Origin: Eledone cirrhosa
Lineage: Eukaryota
Direction: 5' to 3'
Length of the DNA: 64,000 nt
Assembly: GCA_964016885.1 (NCBI GenBank)
Contig: OZ024742.1
Location: 314,154,001-314,218,000 of the forward strand
Both the position numbers and the translations under genes were made by a program. Below the pieces are notes generated by a model that worked only from the letters and a program-made list of their open reading frames with translations, was not told where the DNA came from and did no database searches. Below, piece after piece: positions 14,343 to 29,084 of this stretch (position 1 is its first letter; every line of letters starts with the position of its first letter).

Positions 14343-14385
14343 ACGATGTACTAGTTTCAAGCTTGTTAGCTATCATCAGCACCGT
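14343..14385 (-). ncRNA. type I hammerhead (family A)
   Basis: acggtg CTGATGA t agct-aaca-agct t GAAA ctag TA catcgt. Stem I is 6 bp, and the base of stem II is a T.T mismatch. Confidence 0.75.
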
Positions 14386-14459
14386 ATACATATCTGCCAG
14401 ATAGTTGAACGTTCGAAAGTATATACTTTCCTTATGAAAATTAACGGCTGAGCAGCCTA

Positions 14460-14467
14460 ATTTGCAT
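14460..14467 (-). promoter_or_regulatory. octamer motif ATGCAAAT within a block conserved with family C
   Basis: Exact octamer about 88 nt upstream of the HHR core. Function is inferred only. Confidence 0.45.
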
Positions 14468-14621
14468 ATTGAGTGAGTTAAATCGGTCAGGCATACCGAA
14501 AACAATAGGTTGAAATAAAATGAAAACGAAATTTCATTTCTCACTCTTAGTATGGCACTTACTTAAATGTAAGTATGTATGTATACGTACATACATATAT
14601 GTATACAGCCGTACAGTAGCA

Positions 14622-14680
<59 letters not shown>

Positions 14681-14741
14681 CGTAAAATAAGAAAATTAAA
14701 AAAAAAAATTTTTTTTTAAATTTTAACTTACTTAAATTTTC

Positions 14742-14823
14742 ACTCCAACTAATTAGTTTCTGCAATGGGATAAAGACAGTTACGTAATCCAACTGTCGAG
14801 AATTCATTGCGTCATCAGGGAGT
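14742..14823 (-). ncRNA. type I hammerhead (family B, copy 1)
   Basis: actcc CTGATGA c gcaatg...gacagtt...aactgtc...cattgc a GAAA ctaattag TT ggagt. Confidence 0.8.
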
Positions 14824-15291
14824 CTATTCTCAGCTAAGTCTTCAGGCAATGCGCGGACACCGGGGACTCATAAAAATAATAATAATTCGGTAGATGGAAC
14901 AGCTAGCGGGGGCTGAATTCCATGCACTGAAATCCTCGCTGCCTCTGGTCAAATGGTCGATTCTAAAGAATCAATCACGTGACACAGAGGCTAGTCAGTA
15001 GGAATGGGATGGTAAGATGACAGACGCCTACTAACACCCCCCAAAAAAAATTTAGAAGTGGTTTTGGCAGGTTTGCTCGACAAATCAGTGATTTGGAGAT
15101 AAATATAGATAATTTAATATATCTACTAACATAAGCGCACATATGTACGCAAATGCCAGCAAATACACAGGTTATGTCATAGTATCTAGGTGGTTCAATG
15201 CAGGAGGATGCAGAACAATAATATAAAAGACGTAAAATAAGAAAATTTTTAAAAACATTTTAAAAAAAAATGTTAACTTACTTAAATTTTC

Positions 15292-15373
15292 ACTCCAACT
15301 AATTAGTTTCTACAATGGGATAAAGACAGTTACGTAATCCAACTGTCGAGAATTCATTGTGTCATCAGGGAGT
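15292..15373 (-). ncRNA. type I hammerhead (family B, copy 2)
   Basis: As copy 1, with a stem II G-C pair replaced by A-T (15312/15360). Confidence 0.8.
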
Positions 15374-15842
15374 CTATTCTCAGCTAAGTCTCCAGGCAAT
15401 GCGCGGACACCGGGGACTCATATAAAAATAATAATAATTCGGTAGATGGAACAGCTAGCGGGGCTGAATTCCATGCACTGAAATCCTCGCTGCCTCTGGT
15501 CAAATGGCCGATTCTAAAGAATCAATCACGTGACACAGAGGCTAGTCAGTAGGAATGGGATGGTAAGATGACAGACGCCTACTAACACCCCCCCAAAAAA
15601 ATTTAGAAGTGGTTTTGGCAGGTTTGCTCGACAAATCAGTGATTTAGAGATAAATATAGATAATTTAATATATCTACTAACATAAGCGCATTGATGTACG
15701 CAAATGCCAGCAAATACACAGGTTATGTCATAGTACCTAGGTGGTTCAATGCAGGAGGATGCAGAACAATAATATAAAAGACGTAAATTAAGAAAATTTA
15801 AAAAAAAATTTCTTAAAAAAATTTTAACTTACTTAAATTTTC

Positions 15843-15924
15843 ACTCCAACTAATTAGTTTCTGCAATGGGATAAAGACAGTTACGTAATCCAACTGTCGA
15901 GAATTCATTGCGTCATCAGGGAGT
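15843..15924 (-). ncRNA. type I hammerhead (family B, copy 3)
   Basis: Same motif as copy 1. Confidence 0.8.
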
Positions 15925-16395
15925 CTAATCTCAGCTAAGTCTCCAGGCAATGCGCGGACACCGGGGACTCATATAAAAATAATAATAATTCGGTAGATGG
16001 AACAGCTAGCGGGGGCTGAATTCCATGCACTGAAATCCTCGCTGCCTCTGGTCAAATGGCCGATTCTAAAGAATCAATCACGTGACACAGAGGCTAGTCA
16101 GTAGGAATGGGATGGTAAGATGACAGACGCCTACTAACACCCCCCAAAAAAAAATTTAGAAGTGGTTTTGGCAGGTTTGCTCGACAAATCAGTGATTTGG
16201 AGAGAAATATAGATAATTTAATATATCTACTAACATAAGCGCATTGATGTACGCAAATGCCAGCAAATACACAGGTTATGTCATAGTACCTAGGTGGTTC
16301 AATGCAGGAGGATGCAGAACAATAATATAAAAGACGTAAAATAAGAAAATTTTTAAAAAAATTAAAAAAAAAAATGTTAACTTACTGAAATTTTC

Positions 16396-16477
16396 ACTCC
16401 AACTAATTAGTTTCTGCAATGGGATAAAGACAGTTACGTAATCCAACTGTCGAGAATTCATTGCGTCATCAGGGAGT
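16396..16477 (-). ncRNA. type I hammerhead (family B, copy 4)
   Basis: Same motif as copy 1. Confidence 0.8.
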
Positions 16478-16905
16478 CTATTCTCAGCTAAGTCTCCAGG
16501 CAATGCGCGGACACCGGGGACTCATATAAAAATAATAATAATTCGGTAGATGGAACAGCTAGCGGGGGCTGATTCCATGCACTGAAATCCTAGCTGCCTC
16601 TGGTCAAATGGCCGATTCTAAAGAATCAATCACGTGACACAGAGGCTAGTCAGTAGGAATGGGATGGTAAGATGACAGACGCCTACTAACACCCCCCCCA
16701 AAAAAAAAAATTTAGAAGTGGTTTTGGCAGGTTTGCTCGACAAATCAGTGATTTGGAGATAAATATAGATAATTTAATATATCTACTAACATAAGCGCAC
16801 AGATGTACGCAAATGCCAGCAAATACACAGGTTATGTCATAGTACCTAGGTGGTTCAATGCAGGAGGATGCAGAACAATAATATAAAAGACGTAAAATAA
16901 GAAAA

Positions 16906-17538
<633 letters not shown>

Positions 17539-17767
17539 CAATATCGGAGAAAGCTTTCTAGCGATACTCCGGCCAAATTCCAACTCACTCAACAAACATT
17601 AGGAAATAAGTGATTATATTCCCAATTATGTGTTCGGGGTGCTAACTAAAAGTATTGCGTGGAAAGTTGGCTGTATTATTTCAAATGAGATATATCTAAT
17701 ATAATATATATATATATATATAGTGACGAAACATAAGTCAATTGCAGTAACTCATAATCCTTTATTT

Positions 17768-17823
17768 ACTGCTATATATATTTCGATGATAGCCATTGAA
17801 TGGCTATGACCTCATCAGGCAGT
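17768..17823 (-). ncRNA. type I hammerhead in a (TA)n-embedded fragment
   Basis: actgc CTGATGA ggtcatagcca-ttcaa-tggctatcatc GAAA tatata TA gcagt. Confidence 0.8.
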
Positions 17824-17864
17824 TAGTCAGTTCTTAGATATGCCAGCTCTGTGTATATAGCCTT

Positions 17865-17900
<36 letters not shown>

Positions 17901-17903
<3 letters not shown>

Positions 17904-18034
17904 TTATTAAAATAACAGATTAAAGTTTAAGCAAAAAATCGCTGCTTGCACTTTTAACGGATCTTCAGAAGATCCCGTTAAGTGTGAAAGCAGCGATTCT
18001 TTGCTTAAACTTTAATCTGTTATTTTAATAAATA
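17901..18034. repeat. ~134-bp imperfect palindrome
   Basis: Arms tatttattaaaataacagattaaagtttaagcaaa... and ...tttgcttaaactttaatctgttattttaataaata, with the axis near 17967. Confidence 0.9.
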
Positions 18035-18256
18035 TTTACTCTAGGGTTCTTATATATTTGATATATATTTATCCTTATCGAGCCCTCTTTTAGTCTTCAC
18101 ATTTATTATTATTACTCTATATATATATATATAGGTAGGGAAACATTTACAGCTGACGATGGAAACTTGTTTCTTCCTTTCTTCTCATTTTCCGTCCTAA
18201 CCACCATCCTAAACCTTGTTTTTAGTAACCACACAGCTCCTTTCGTTTCATAACTT

Positions 18257-18327
<71 letters not shown>

Positions 18328-18504
18328 CTTTAATATATTTATTTAATATCGTGGTCGAGTAAAGCAGTTGGCTATACTAAGCAGCCTTTTTAATTACCAT
18401 TTCCCACATACCTCTGCCCGTCTGTAGGACGCTAATTATTCTCCAGTTTGAATTTAATCGCAACTAGCGGACAATTCAGTCGAATTTGTTTCTTCCCTGA
18501 AAGT

Positions 18505-18570
18505 TTCCCTGACGATTTAAGATTTTCACAGCCCATGCTGAGGTTTGGCTCACTGAAACTGGAGTAGGGA
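18505..18570 (+). ncRNA. decayed type I hammerhead motif
   Basis: ttcc CTGACGA ... GAAA ctggag TA ggga. Stem II is poorly paired. Confidence 0.5.
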
Positions 18571-18774
18571 CACTAAGTAAATAGGTAAATATTTCTTTAA
18601 CTTATGCTTCCCAAATTGATTTGTATATATATATATATATATTTGATTTGCAAAGCTGTCTAAACGTAATGTTATAACTTTGGGGTAATATTCTCCTTTG
18701 AGTGCTTAGCTGCACACCGAATCTGCACTCGTTAGCTTGGCTGCTGCCAAAAGCTTCGTTGATGCTGTACTAAA

Positions 18775-18852
<78 letters not shown>

Positions 18853-18954
18853 TGATTATTTATGTGGTTGATTTATACGGACTAGAGATAGGAAATACTG
18901 TATATATTTTATCTAATAATTCTTCAAACTTGCAATTTTATATATATATATATA

Positions 18955-19698
18955 TAGTAGAATAATCGAGAATCGGGAATATCAGCCCACGAAATCACAA
19001 TAAACAATATCCGATATATGTGGCAGAGGGCTCAATAATTTGGAAAAATCAGAGCTATAACTATCGTTAAAATACCAACACATAAAGGTCATGCCTAAAA
19101 TCCCCCATGCAGCCGAAAATAAATGACCAGGAAGATTCGAGTCACTCAAATAAAATATCAATAAATTAATAAATTAAATGAATGTAAAACTACCCGGACC
19201 CGCTAGAATGATGTTAAATCTAGCTTCTTGGGTTTCTGCAATTCCTTAATCTGAACACTATCAGTCCAATAAAATATATATAAGGCTTATAGAGAAGAGA
19301 GGAACAAGGAAAGCTTTATCAACGAGTCTTTAGTTCCACAGTATAGAAGGGCCCCGAAGCCAAATGACGCACATGGTATTCAGCAAGGGAGGGAACCCTT
19401 ATATTAGCGAAAGAATTCGGTGATGTGTAAATTATGTAATAATACAAATTATCACATATCGAATCAGAGTGCTCAACAGACATGTTAAAATAAACAAGAG
19501 CTATTCATCAGTCAATAAGATCAACAAAGAAATCATCAATAAAATTAACTGGTCAATAGCTAGGGTCTAGAGCTAAATATAGTAGAATAATCGAGAATCG
19601 GAATATCAGCCCACGAAATCACGATAAACAATATCCGATATATGTGGCAGAGGGCTCAATAATTTGGAAAAATCAGAGCTATAACTATCGTTAAAATA
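18955..19698. repeat. 625-bp-period partial tandem element (~120-bp terminal direct repeat) within (TA)n
   Basis: tagtagaataatcgagaatcgg...ctataactatcgttaaaata at 18955-19074 and 19580-19698. Confidence 0.85.
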
Positions 19699-19801
19699 TA
19701 TATATATATATATGTGTATGTTTATCCCGGTTTCAATAGGGGGTAACCACAGTAAGTAAGGTATTCAATACATAGCAGAGTATAAATATTTAATATATAA
19801 T

Positions 19802-19852
19802 GGCTTCTACAGGACTAGGACTGTTCCATTCGGGAGAAATCATCAGGAAGCC
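19802..19852 (-). ncRNA. decayed type I hammerhead motif
   Basis: ggcttc CTGATGA t ttc-tccc-gaa t GGAA cagtcctagtcctg TA gaagcc. GAAA has mutated to GGAA. Confidence 0.55.
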
Positions 19853-19892
19853 CATATATATATATTTTTTTTCTTCCCATAATTCATTTTCA

Positions 19893-20043
<151 letters not shown>

Positions 20044-20589
20044 TATACACACACAGAGTCATATACGCACGCATATATTGAAAATGAATTATGGTAAAAA
20101 TTGCAATATTGCGAGCTGCTCTGATGGTAAACAGTAGGAAATTGAATTAAATGAAAATTGGGAATAACAAAAGCACAAGTAGTAATCAGAGTGTGTGAAA
20201 TACGTCGACATATTCTGAGAGAAAGATATATATATAGAGAGAGAACGACATATCGATAGAAAGAGGAGAGTGGTACAGAGGAAGATGGTGAGCTGGAGGT
20301 AAATGTTTGGTTAAAAGATTGCCAAACTAAGTGCTACAAATTATCACTACAGAGTCTTTTAGTAATATTCGCTGCAGGGAGGACGTTAGTTGAAATATAA
20401 TGGCGAAAAACAGACATTGACAAACTACCCATTTCCTTCTTAAAATTCTATCTCTCAGTTGAAATAGAAAATATCTTTGATTATCTGTTATATACAAAAT
20501 GAAAATTATTTTTAGACATCACTGCAGGGAACACACATGCAGAACGCAAACACACAACCACAGTCTTTCTTTCATTCGTTCTGTATTTC

Positions 20590-20615
20590 GTTCTCTCTTT
20601 CTTTCTTTCTACTCT

Positions 20616-20675
<60 letters not shown>

Positions 20676-20860
20676 TCCTTGTTACCTTCTTTCTTTCTTA
20701 TTTTCTTTCTCTCTCCTCTCTCACACAATAAATACAATGAAACACATAAACACACACTTTCTTCTCTGTCTTTCTCTGCCTCTCTCTCTCTCTCTCCCCC
20801 CTCTCTCTCTCTCTCTCTCTCTTACTCTCTCTCTCTCTTTCTCTCTCTCTCACACACACA
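20590..20860. repeat. (CTTT)n / (CT)n microsatellites
   Basis: Visible simple repeats. Confidence 0.95.
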
Positions 20861-21194
20861 GAAACACGATACATTTATTTTACTCATGCGTGCCTCAATT
20901 TATTGAACTGCTGTTAATAAGTAGGAAAGTATTTGAGAACGTTACTTTGTATATAAAATTGCACTCCGTACAGAGAAGATTAATTCTCACGATTCACGCC
21001 ATGAAATCAACTACAGCAAAGTACTAAATTCATGTAATAGAGTTTTAAAGGAGTCAATATTAAAATAGATTGACCAGTAATCGTTAATGTGTTCAGCGTG
21101 ACGCAATATAGCGTTCATAGTCTATGTTAATGATGGAAACAGAGCTCAGCGTAATATATCATATGGATTTTGGTAATGGGCAGTTTATAGTTGT

Positions 21195-22565
21195 TCAATT
21201 TGACAGCAGAGCGTCAGACACCATGCTTTACAGCATAGAGTTATGACCCTTTATCTTCTGAGTTCAAATCCCTTCGAGGTTAACTTTGCCTTTCATCCTT
21301 ACGGGGTCGATAAAATAAAGTACCAGTAATGCTCTGGGATAATTGCTGGCCTTGTGCCAAAAGTAGAAACAATTATAATAAATAGCTGTGTTATGTATAA
21401 TTATTCATACAGTGCATAATAAAATAAGGATATGCAATTGAACAAAAGTCTGATGTATTGAGAAAAGTTGGATGCCATATTTGAAATTAGCACCTCAAAA
21501 TTAGCTAAAACCAACCACAAAACCTAAGTCAGCAAAACGTGTTGACCAGTATTATTATTAACTCTGAGTTCAAATCCCGCCGAGGTTAACTTTGCCTTTC
21601 ATCCTTACGGGGTCGATAAAATAAAGTACCAGTAATGTACTGGGATAATTGCTGGCCTTGTGCCAAAAGTAGAAACAATTATTATACCATTAAATGATCA
21701 ATTTCTAATGATTTGGTTTTTGTAAAGTATATTCATTATATAAATGATTGTTTCTACTTTTGGCACAAGGCTAGCAATTACCCAGTGTATTACTGGTACT
21801 TTATTTTATCGACCCCGTAAGGATGAAAGGCAAAGTTAACCTCGGCGGGATTTGAACTCAGAATGGCAAGGGCGTAACTCTATGCCTCAGAGCATGGCGT
21901 CCGACCCTCTACCAATACTGTCAATTCACCGCCCTTATATAAACAATGATTTCTAGTATAGGCACAAGGCCAGTAATTTGGGGAGAGGGGAAAGTCGATT
22001 AAATCGACCCCAGTACGTTTCTGGTACTTTCTTTTATCGACTCCGTAAGGATGAAAGGCAAAGTTAACTTCAGGGGGATTTGAACTCAGACCGTAAAGGA
22101 ACGTAACTCTATGCTGCAGAGCATGGTGCCTGACTCTCTAGCGATACTGCCAATCTACAAATAATAATATTCTAATGAAACAAAAAGAAATGAAGGAAAT
22201 GAAGAAAAATAAAAAATGAAAAAAAATGAAGCGGTGAAGGAAAGGGAGAGCGGGTGGCAGGGACAGGCACTACATCCCTATCTGAGGGTTTATTCGGCCA
22301 TGCCCAGTAGAACATCTCTTTAGAAATTGTGCTTCGGTAGTTATATCAATTGATAACGTTTTCTTTTACGTGACATTATTTTAGTTATCAATTATATTTA
22401 TATTATTGCTGTTGCGGATTGGCAGTATTAATAATATGATTTGTGACATAGAGTTCAAATCTCACCAAGTTTAGCTTTGCCTTTCACCCTTATGGGGTCG
22501 ATAAAATAAAGCACATGTAATGCACTGGGATCGATTTAATCCACTTTCCCCTCTCCCCAAATTAC
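21195..22565. mobile_element. cluster of five SINE copies
   Basis: + 21195-21375, + 21561-21682 (5' truncated), - 21746-21936, - 21946-22160 (long variant), + ~22410-22565. Confidence 0.85.
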
Positions 22566-22599
22566 TGTTGCTTCATGGTCCCTGTTCACAGAATGGTTA

Positions 22600-23100
22600 A
22601 AGCGTTTTCACGGTGGATAGCCCAGGAGATGCGCTGAAAGTCCAACAGAGCTCATTCTTGTGGTTAGTTATCTAGTTCACAGGGCAGTGGGTGGGCGACT
22701 CAAGACAGCAGTTGTTTCTACCGATATATGTTCGACAGGAAACCTACTGGAAAGCTGCCGGTACTTTGTCACTCTGCGATATTCAACCTGTCAGGCTATA
22801 TTGCCTGGTTCTAACGCTGATTTCACAAGGTTGTTGCTGGGGAATATATCGCGTGACACCTATCAAATCTGTTGCCAATAAAGTAGTTGTCACTACAATA
22901 TATTCAGCTGTAATTGATTTTATATTGCATCTGTTATTGTTTAGTCCTATATCAACCCGGATATGATCTAAGGCATTTTGTGATAATCTCGTCTTTGAAG
23001 AGGTATCTAGAACAACCACACCCAATGTCGTTTCTCTCCTTAATACAATAAATACGATACGGTGAAGATATGGCTACAACATCTAGTAGGCCAAATACAG
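22600..23100 (-). pseudogene. degenerate PLE GIY-YIG-like fragment
   Basis: Minus-strand translation includes SCRTYIGRNNCCL, which resembles the PLE CxxxYIGRTxRxL motif. It is broken by stops. Confidence 0.35.
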
Positions 23101-23497
23101 CTTCTAGTTTGTTAGCCCGAGTTCGACGAGGTATATGTGGGTAGTGGCGTAATATTTTCTTATCAAGGTTAAGAAGTTTCTAGAGATATTAAATGCTACG
23201 TTCATATTAAAGGGGATAGTTGAACCATGAAATGCTTATATTTGTATTTTTGTTAGTTATTTTTGCGTATTATATATTCGCATGTACTTAAATATTATTA
23301 TAAATATAATATAAAGGGTGGTGTGCTCAAGTGCGGAGATGCTATAAAATAATTTATAAAATAGGATGAAGACCCTTAAAAACGGAAAAACAAAATGCCA
23401 CCAGCCGCTCCGAGGAATCAAACACAGTATCTCCCAGATACGGGCTATAAGCTATTTCATAGCATATCCGTGCATGAGCTCACCATATGATATATAT

Positions 23498-23621
<124 letters not shown>

Positions 23622-23707
23622 CCCATTCTATTACCCACTCTACTACCTCAAGTATTGAGTACTTTGGTGCGTTATGGTCCACCTGGTTCCTTACCACATT
23701 TCCTTCG

Positions 23708-23751
<44 letters not shown>

Positions 23752-23799
23752 GCATGCAAGAATGTGATGCAAGACGAGGTATCAAATATTGTGTTAAAT

Positions 23800-24480
23800 T
23801 TGTAATATTCAATAATCCTTGTATATTTCGTATAACCTACTATTTTCATTGTATCTGTTGGAAACATCTGAGAATATCCGAGAGGACCTCTTTTATACCT
23901 CCATAGATCTTGTGCTGGAGTTATACATATTTCCAGTATTATCATGTCCATGTTCATATCCGTCTCCATGATGTTTGTTTGATTCACTGACACGTGTCCT
24001 GAGATGATTATATAGATCCAACATTGTTTCATTTCTGTATTTATGAATAACGTGGCATGGAATTTGGTGAATGACATCAACACAGTCTACACCTTTCAGT
24101 ATTCGCCTAAAATAGATTTTTCACCCGGTAATTGATATATATATTCACACCTGAGAACACGGTGGGCAGCAGGGCGTGGATAGCTCTGGCGAGATTACAT
24201 CACAAAACCCTTTTGTGTTTTACTTTCAAAAATGCGAGGTCTGTCTCTGTAATAAAATCATTGCCAATAGCATATTCTATACTCATATGAATCATACGAT
24301 CACGTTGTTGTGTATACAAGCAAGCCATGCTAAGATAAGGTGTTGTTGAAATTCAGTGATATAGTCATATGACACTCTCATGTTTATCTCCTGAAAGGTG
24401 ATCTCTTATGAGTATCTAGACCAGCATTTGTAAGTGGAATACGACCGCAGAGAACACAGCTGAAATAAGCTCGAGACAGT
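23800..24480 (-). pseudogene. highly degenerate LINE reverse transcriptase remnant
   Basis: Minus strand near 24185-24215 reads KG..DVISPEL, resembling the RT motif GVRQGDxxSPxLF. Confidence 0.3.
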
Positions 24481-27400
24481 CTATTATACGGAACTTCAAC
24501 TGTATATATATCCCTATATGTGTGTGTGTGTATGAGTATGTATGTATATATATATGTTTTATTTATCTATTTATATATATATATATATGCATGCACACAC
24601 AGACACACACTCACATAAATATGTTTGAATATATATAAAAACATATATATATTTATATATATATATGCATATGTGTGTGTGTGTGTATGTATGTGTGCAT
24701 GTATGTATTCGTTCATATGTGGATGTATACATTCATGTGTGTATGCATGTATGCATGCATGTATGTATGTATGTTTGTATATATGTATGTATGTGTGTAT
24801 GTATGTACTGACATAAGTCATGGTTAAGTAAAATTTACTCGCCTTAATAGTTGCATAACCTCAGGCACTTCTCATTAAATGTTAGATTAATTTAACAGAA
24901 AACGTTTTTTATTGCTTTCCCTCATTGGATTCATTTTTTATTCTTCTGACACCTGATACATTAAACGTACGAGAGAAGCAAATGTGTATTATTGATAGTA
25001 ATAATGAAATTCAATTAAACAAGAAGCCTCAAGCAATTATAATTAAGTATTTTACTTAAGGGCTTAAAGACAAAAACCTCTGTGAACTCACTTAACCTAA
25101 ACAGCTAGTATTTGATACCTTATTCAGTCAAATTTTTTATTCTCTGAAGAAATATTGTTTTCTAATTCAAGTACAAGTCTAACAGTTTGGGGTTGTGGAT
25201 GGAGATTGAGAAAAGTTGGTAATATCGATCACAGTATTTTACTTGTACTAATTATAATGACTCCGAAAAGATGAACGCTAAAGTTGAGTACGAATGGATT
25301 TGAAGCTAGTATGGATTTGAAGGTCGTAACGAAATAATGTAATGCATTTCATCCGACGCACTACCGATTCTGCCAATCTATCGATATATGCCTTCATATG
25401 ATAATAGAGATATTGAGAGAATGGAAGTGAGAAAGAGATATAGAGGAAGAATCAAACTCAGTACTAGACTGGTACATATTTACGGACGTCGAATGGATGA
25501 AAGGCAAAGTTGACATTGGGAGGCTTTGAAATCAGAGAGCAAAGTATCGAAACGATGCTTTAACGAGTCTGCCAATTTTCTGCCTCCTAGATCCCAAAAT
25601 TCGAAATAAATATGCTTTTTCTATACCAGATTTTGTGTTCTTGCTAATATGTTTAGCGCCAAATTGAATATACTATAACTATAAATTGTTACTGAGATAG
25701 CTAGTGTATTGATACATATTACATTATATTTTACATTTGGCTATCTCAAATACAGTATTAGCTGAATCTATCTATAATATTACTACCTGTTGTTTTCTAT
25801 AATTAGTATGTGATATACTATTTCTTTTTAATTGATTCCTACGTATCAGTAAGTGACTGATCTAATCCTCTTATACTTGTCTCCTTATCTAACATGATGT
25901 TTGTGTTACTAATTAATTTCACTCTTTTATGATAGCTTTGACGTATCCTTATAATCTGTATCATGTATAATTTCTAGTAAATCCGAGTACTGTAAAACAT
26001 ATAGATTCTAATTGTTTTTCACCTGCAGCATGCAACTAAAAGCTGTTCATGAACAATATACGGTTGATTGTTCTACTATATAATTTGTATTTGAGTACAT
26101 TAAGTTTTAATATGCTGGTTAACATTGTGGGTAAGTGGTAGGAAAGAAGTTGAGAGAAAGAATCGCTTTGAATATTCCCCCTCAAGTAGACACATGATTA
26201 TGTTTTATATTTCCAACTGTAGTCAGTACCAAGAGAGACTTTAGCTCTTACTTATGTCTTATTCAATTTATCTGCTTATTATGTTGGCTGCCATCGATAC
26301 CATCAAGCATCGATACCATCAATGTACTGAGGTCGATTTAATCGACTTTTTCCACCCCAAAGTTAGATTTTTCTCGGGTATTTATTTGCGCTATGTGACA
26401 TTGCCCTTACAGCGTCTTAATTTCTTGCTTGTGTCTGCAGCGTTTGGGGTTTTCACTTTCTTGGGGACTAAATTGCTTTATTACTCAGTGAGTCAGTTTT
26501 ATGTTGTCACTGATTCTTTCAGTATCTTGTTAAACGCCCAATGTAGCACCTTATATACACCCGTTAGATACTTAAACCGGAATATCTTTTTCTCTTACGT
26601 GTTGCTGCTTTTTATTGTTAATGTTTCGAGTTGAAATAGTGCCCTTAAGATTGTCCGGTGCACTGTTCTTTGTCTTGAACAATCTCATTCATAGCAATAA
26701 TTTCACTTCCCACAGTGTTTTTATTGCTTCTCTTATTGTTTCCGTTGTTTCCCTTGATATTGATACTGCTTTGATTTATATTTGAATCATACCTCTTTCT
26801 TAATTAAAATAGCATGAATTGGGGGTAGAATCGCTTGTGTTACCGAAAAAAACATTCGTTGTTTCTCTTACCAATGAATTAATTACTATTTGCTCTTCCA
26901 TTTCGAGGTCTTCTGTTTTGCTGTCTAATTTTTGTAGTATTTGTTTCTTTTTCTCGATCATGTCTGTCCTTTATTCCGTTATTGATTCATTTAACGATTG
27001 AAATATTTCTCTTATTTTCTAAATCCTTTTCGTGTCTGCGTAAGGTTTGATATTCCTGACTGGGTAGACTTGAGTGAGTACTTCTTTTCCGTTGTAGTTA
27101 CCATCACTGCTACATATATTATTTAATTTAACCAAGTGATATTGCTATTTGTGACAGCTTTTATCTCGTCTTTGATGATCAGCTTTAGCGCATTTATAAT
27201 TGTTGCCATTTCATCACACATGCAATTTCGTTAGTTCATAGGAAGTTTTCTATTTATTTTAATCTGTTTTGGTAATTTAAACTTTTATTTTTGTTCACAA
27301 CTTTTGTCTTTATGTCTTCCCTAATCTTAAATTTTACTCATATTCTTTTAATTCACATTTTGGTGGTATTGTTCTGGTTCTGTTACTGGTGATCCACATT

Positions 27401-29084
27401 CTATAGCGTAAAGTAAATAAAACCCAACAAAATAATTTCTTAGATTTTTTTTATTTACCTTGTTTTGTCCACCGAGGTCTACTTTGCTTTTTACTCTCCC
27501 GTGGTCGATAAACTAAAGTATAAGTCTAATATTCTGGTCGATACAATTGCCGGTCTCTTCTCTTCAATATTGCTAGCCTTGTGCGAACATTAGAAACTGT
27601 TATTTATATTGTTTTTCAGATACTCAAACAATCACCAAAGTATATGTATTCACTGTTGTTCTTTTACTCTTATGCGGCATTTATTTGTATTTTCGCTATA
27701 TATTCTTTATTGTAATGGTTTTATTTCGATTCTGGCATTGTTTAGTATTTGACAATCAGTTTCTTAACTTATTTTTTTTTATATTTCAAAACTTTCAAAT
27801 CTTTAAGAAACGATTGTATTCTCTGAGCATTTGTCTATAGTTAAATGTTGGCAGGAAAATCTCAAATATATTTGTAAATTATTATAAGAGAACATTGTAA
27901 TGTTAGAAAGAAAATATTTAGATGAAATAAAAATGGAAAAGTAAAGAAGAAAAAGAAAAAAGAAAGGGGATAGGTAGGAAAGGATTGGCTCTATTTGTGT
28001 CTAAAGACACGTTTTGATCAGATATATGTTCTATTCATATGTTTTACAAAAATATTATCGTAGTTTAATTTTTGTCGACAGAGGGGTGCTATTTTAAAAA
28101 TCTTTACATAGAGAATAAAGGGCAATGCTCATAGATCTATTATGGGTATGTGAAAGGACATTATCCTCAAATTATCGGACTGGTTTGAATACTTACAACA
28201 GAATGGGCTTTATTGTATTCACTCAAGTCCCATGCGATGGTGTTATACTGGCCGACGAATTAGGTACATTGTTCAAGTGGTCACCAACGGAACTTTAAAT
28301 TTGAAAACAAAGATCTGTAAAATGCTACAAGCATCTCATCTGACTCTCTTGCAATTCCACTAATCACTGCGCTGCTATTCCATTTTTGTCGACCTCGAAA
28401 GTATTAAAGCAAATGTTGACCTCGGTGGGATTTGAACTTAAAGTGCAGAGAACCAGAACAAATGCCGTAGTGCCTTTTGTCTTACGCTCTAACGAATAAT
28501 CAAAACGCTTAGAATATAAACATATCCCTTCCATGTCTTTTTATACTCTTACTGTTATTTGTGAGAGTAAAAGAGTAAAGTACGACTATTTATGAAAATT
28601 GCCCTCTTTTTCGTCGAGTACCAGTTCATTAGTGTCTATTGGTGCACATTTTATATCTTGGAATATTTAGGTATTAATTCAAAGTACCCTTTTAGCCCAG
28701 GGCTGAATTCTATGGTTTGTATTTCTATTGTTTGTCATTTTGTGTGTATGTGTGAGGAGTGGAGACTCACTGAATCAGTGTAGTACTATTTTGACTCATG
28801 TTTTGTTAGTTTCTTTTAACGCGGTATCTTGTCGCCCACAAATAATGAGCATATCCAATACATTAATTATATTAGACATAATCGATAAATATTAAGTAAA
28901 TCAATTTATTACTTTTCTAGTAATCCTTCAACAATTTATAAGTAAATCAATGTACTACTTATATAGTTGTCCTTCAACATCATTTTCTCTTTGATGCATT
29001 TGATATTTAATCACTGTTAATGGATATTTTAGCAGTCAAGTAGCATCTACATCTGGCGATTTTATTCTTATTTATTAATATATT

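Larger units (their letters stand above)
14087..14630 (-). repeat. family A hammerhead-bearing repeat, 477-bp period, ~1.1 units
   Basis: taaatgtaagtatgtatgtatacgtac...gtacagtagcatgc occurs at 14087 and 14564. It contains an HHR and an octamer. Confidence 0.85.

Noticed and set aside
14559-16503. Repeated ORF MP.DLAENRLPDDAMNSRQLD in family B
   Set aside because: It uses a non-ATG start, runs through the hammerhead into variable poly-T tracts, and has different C-termini per unit.
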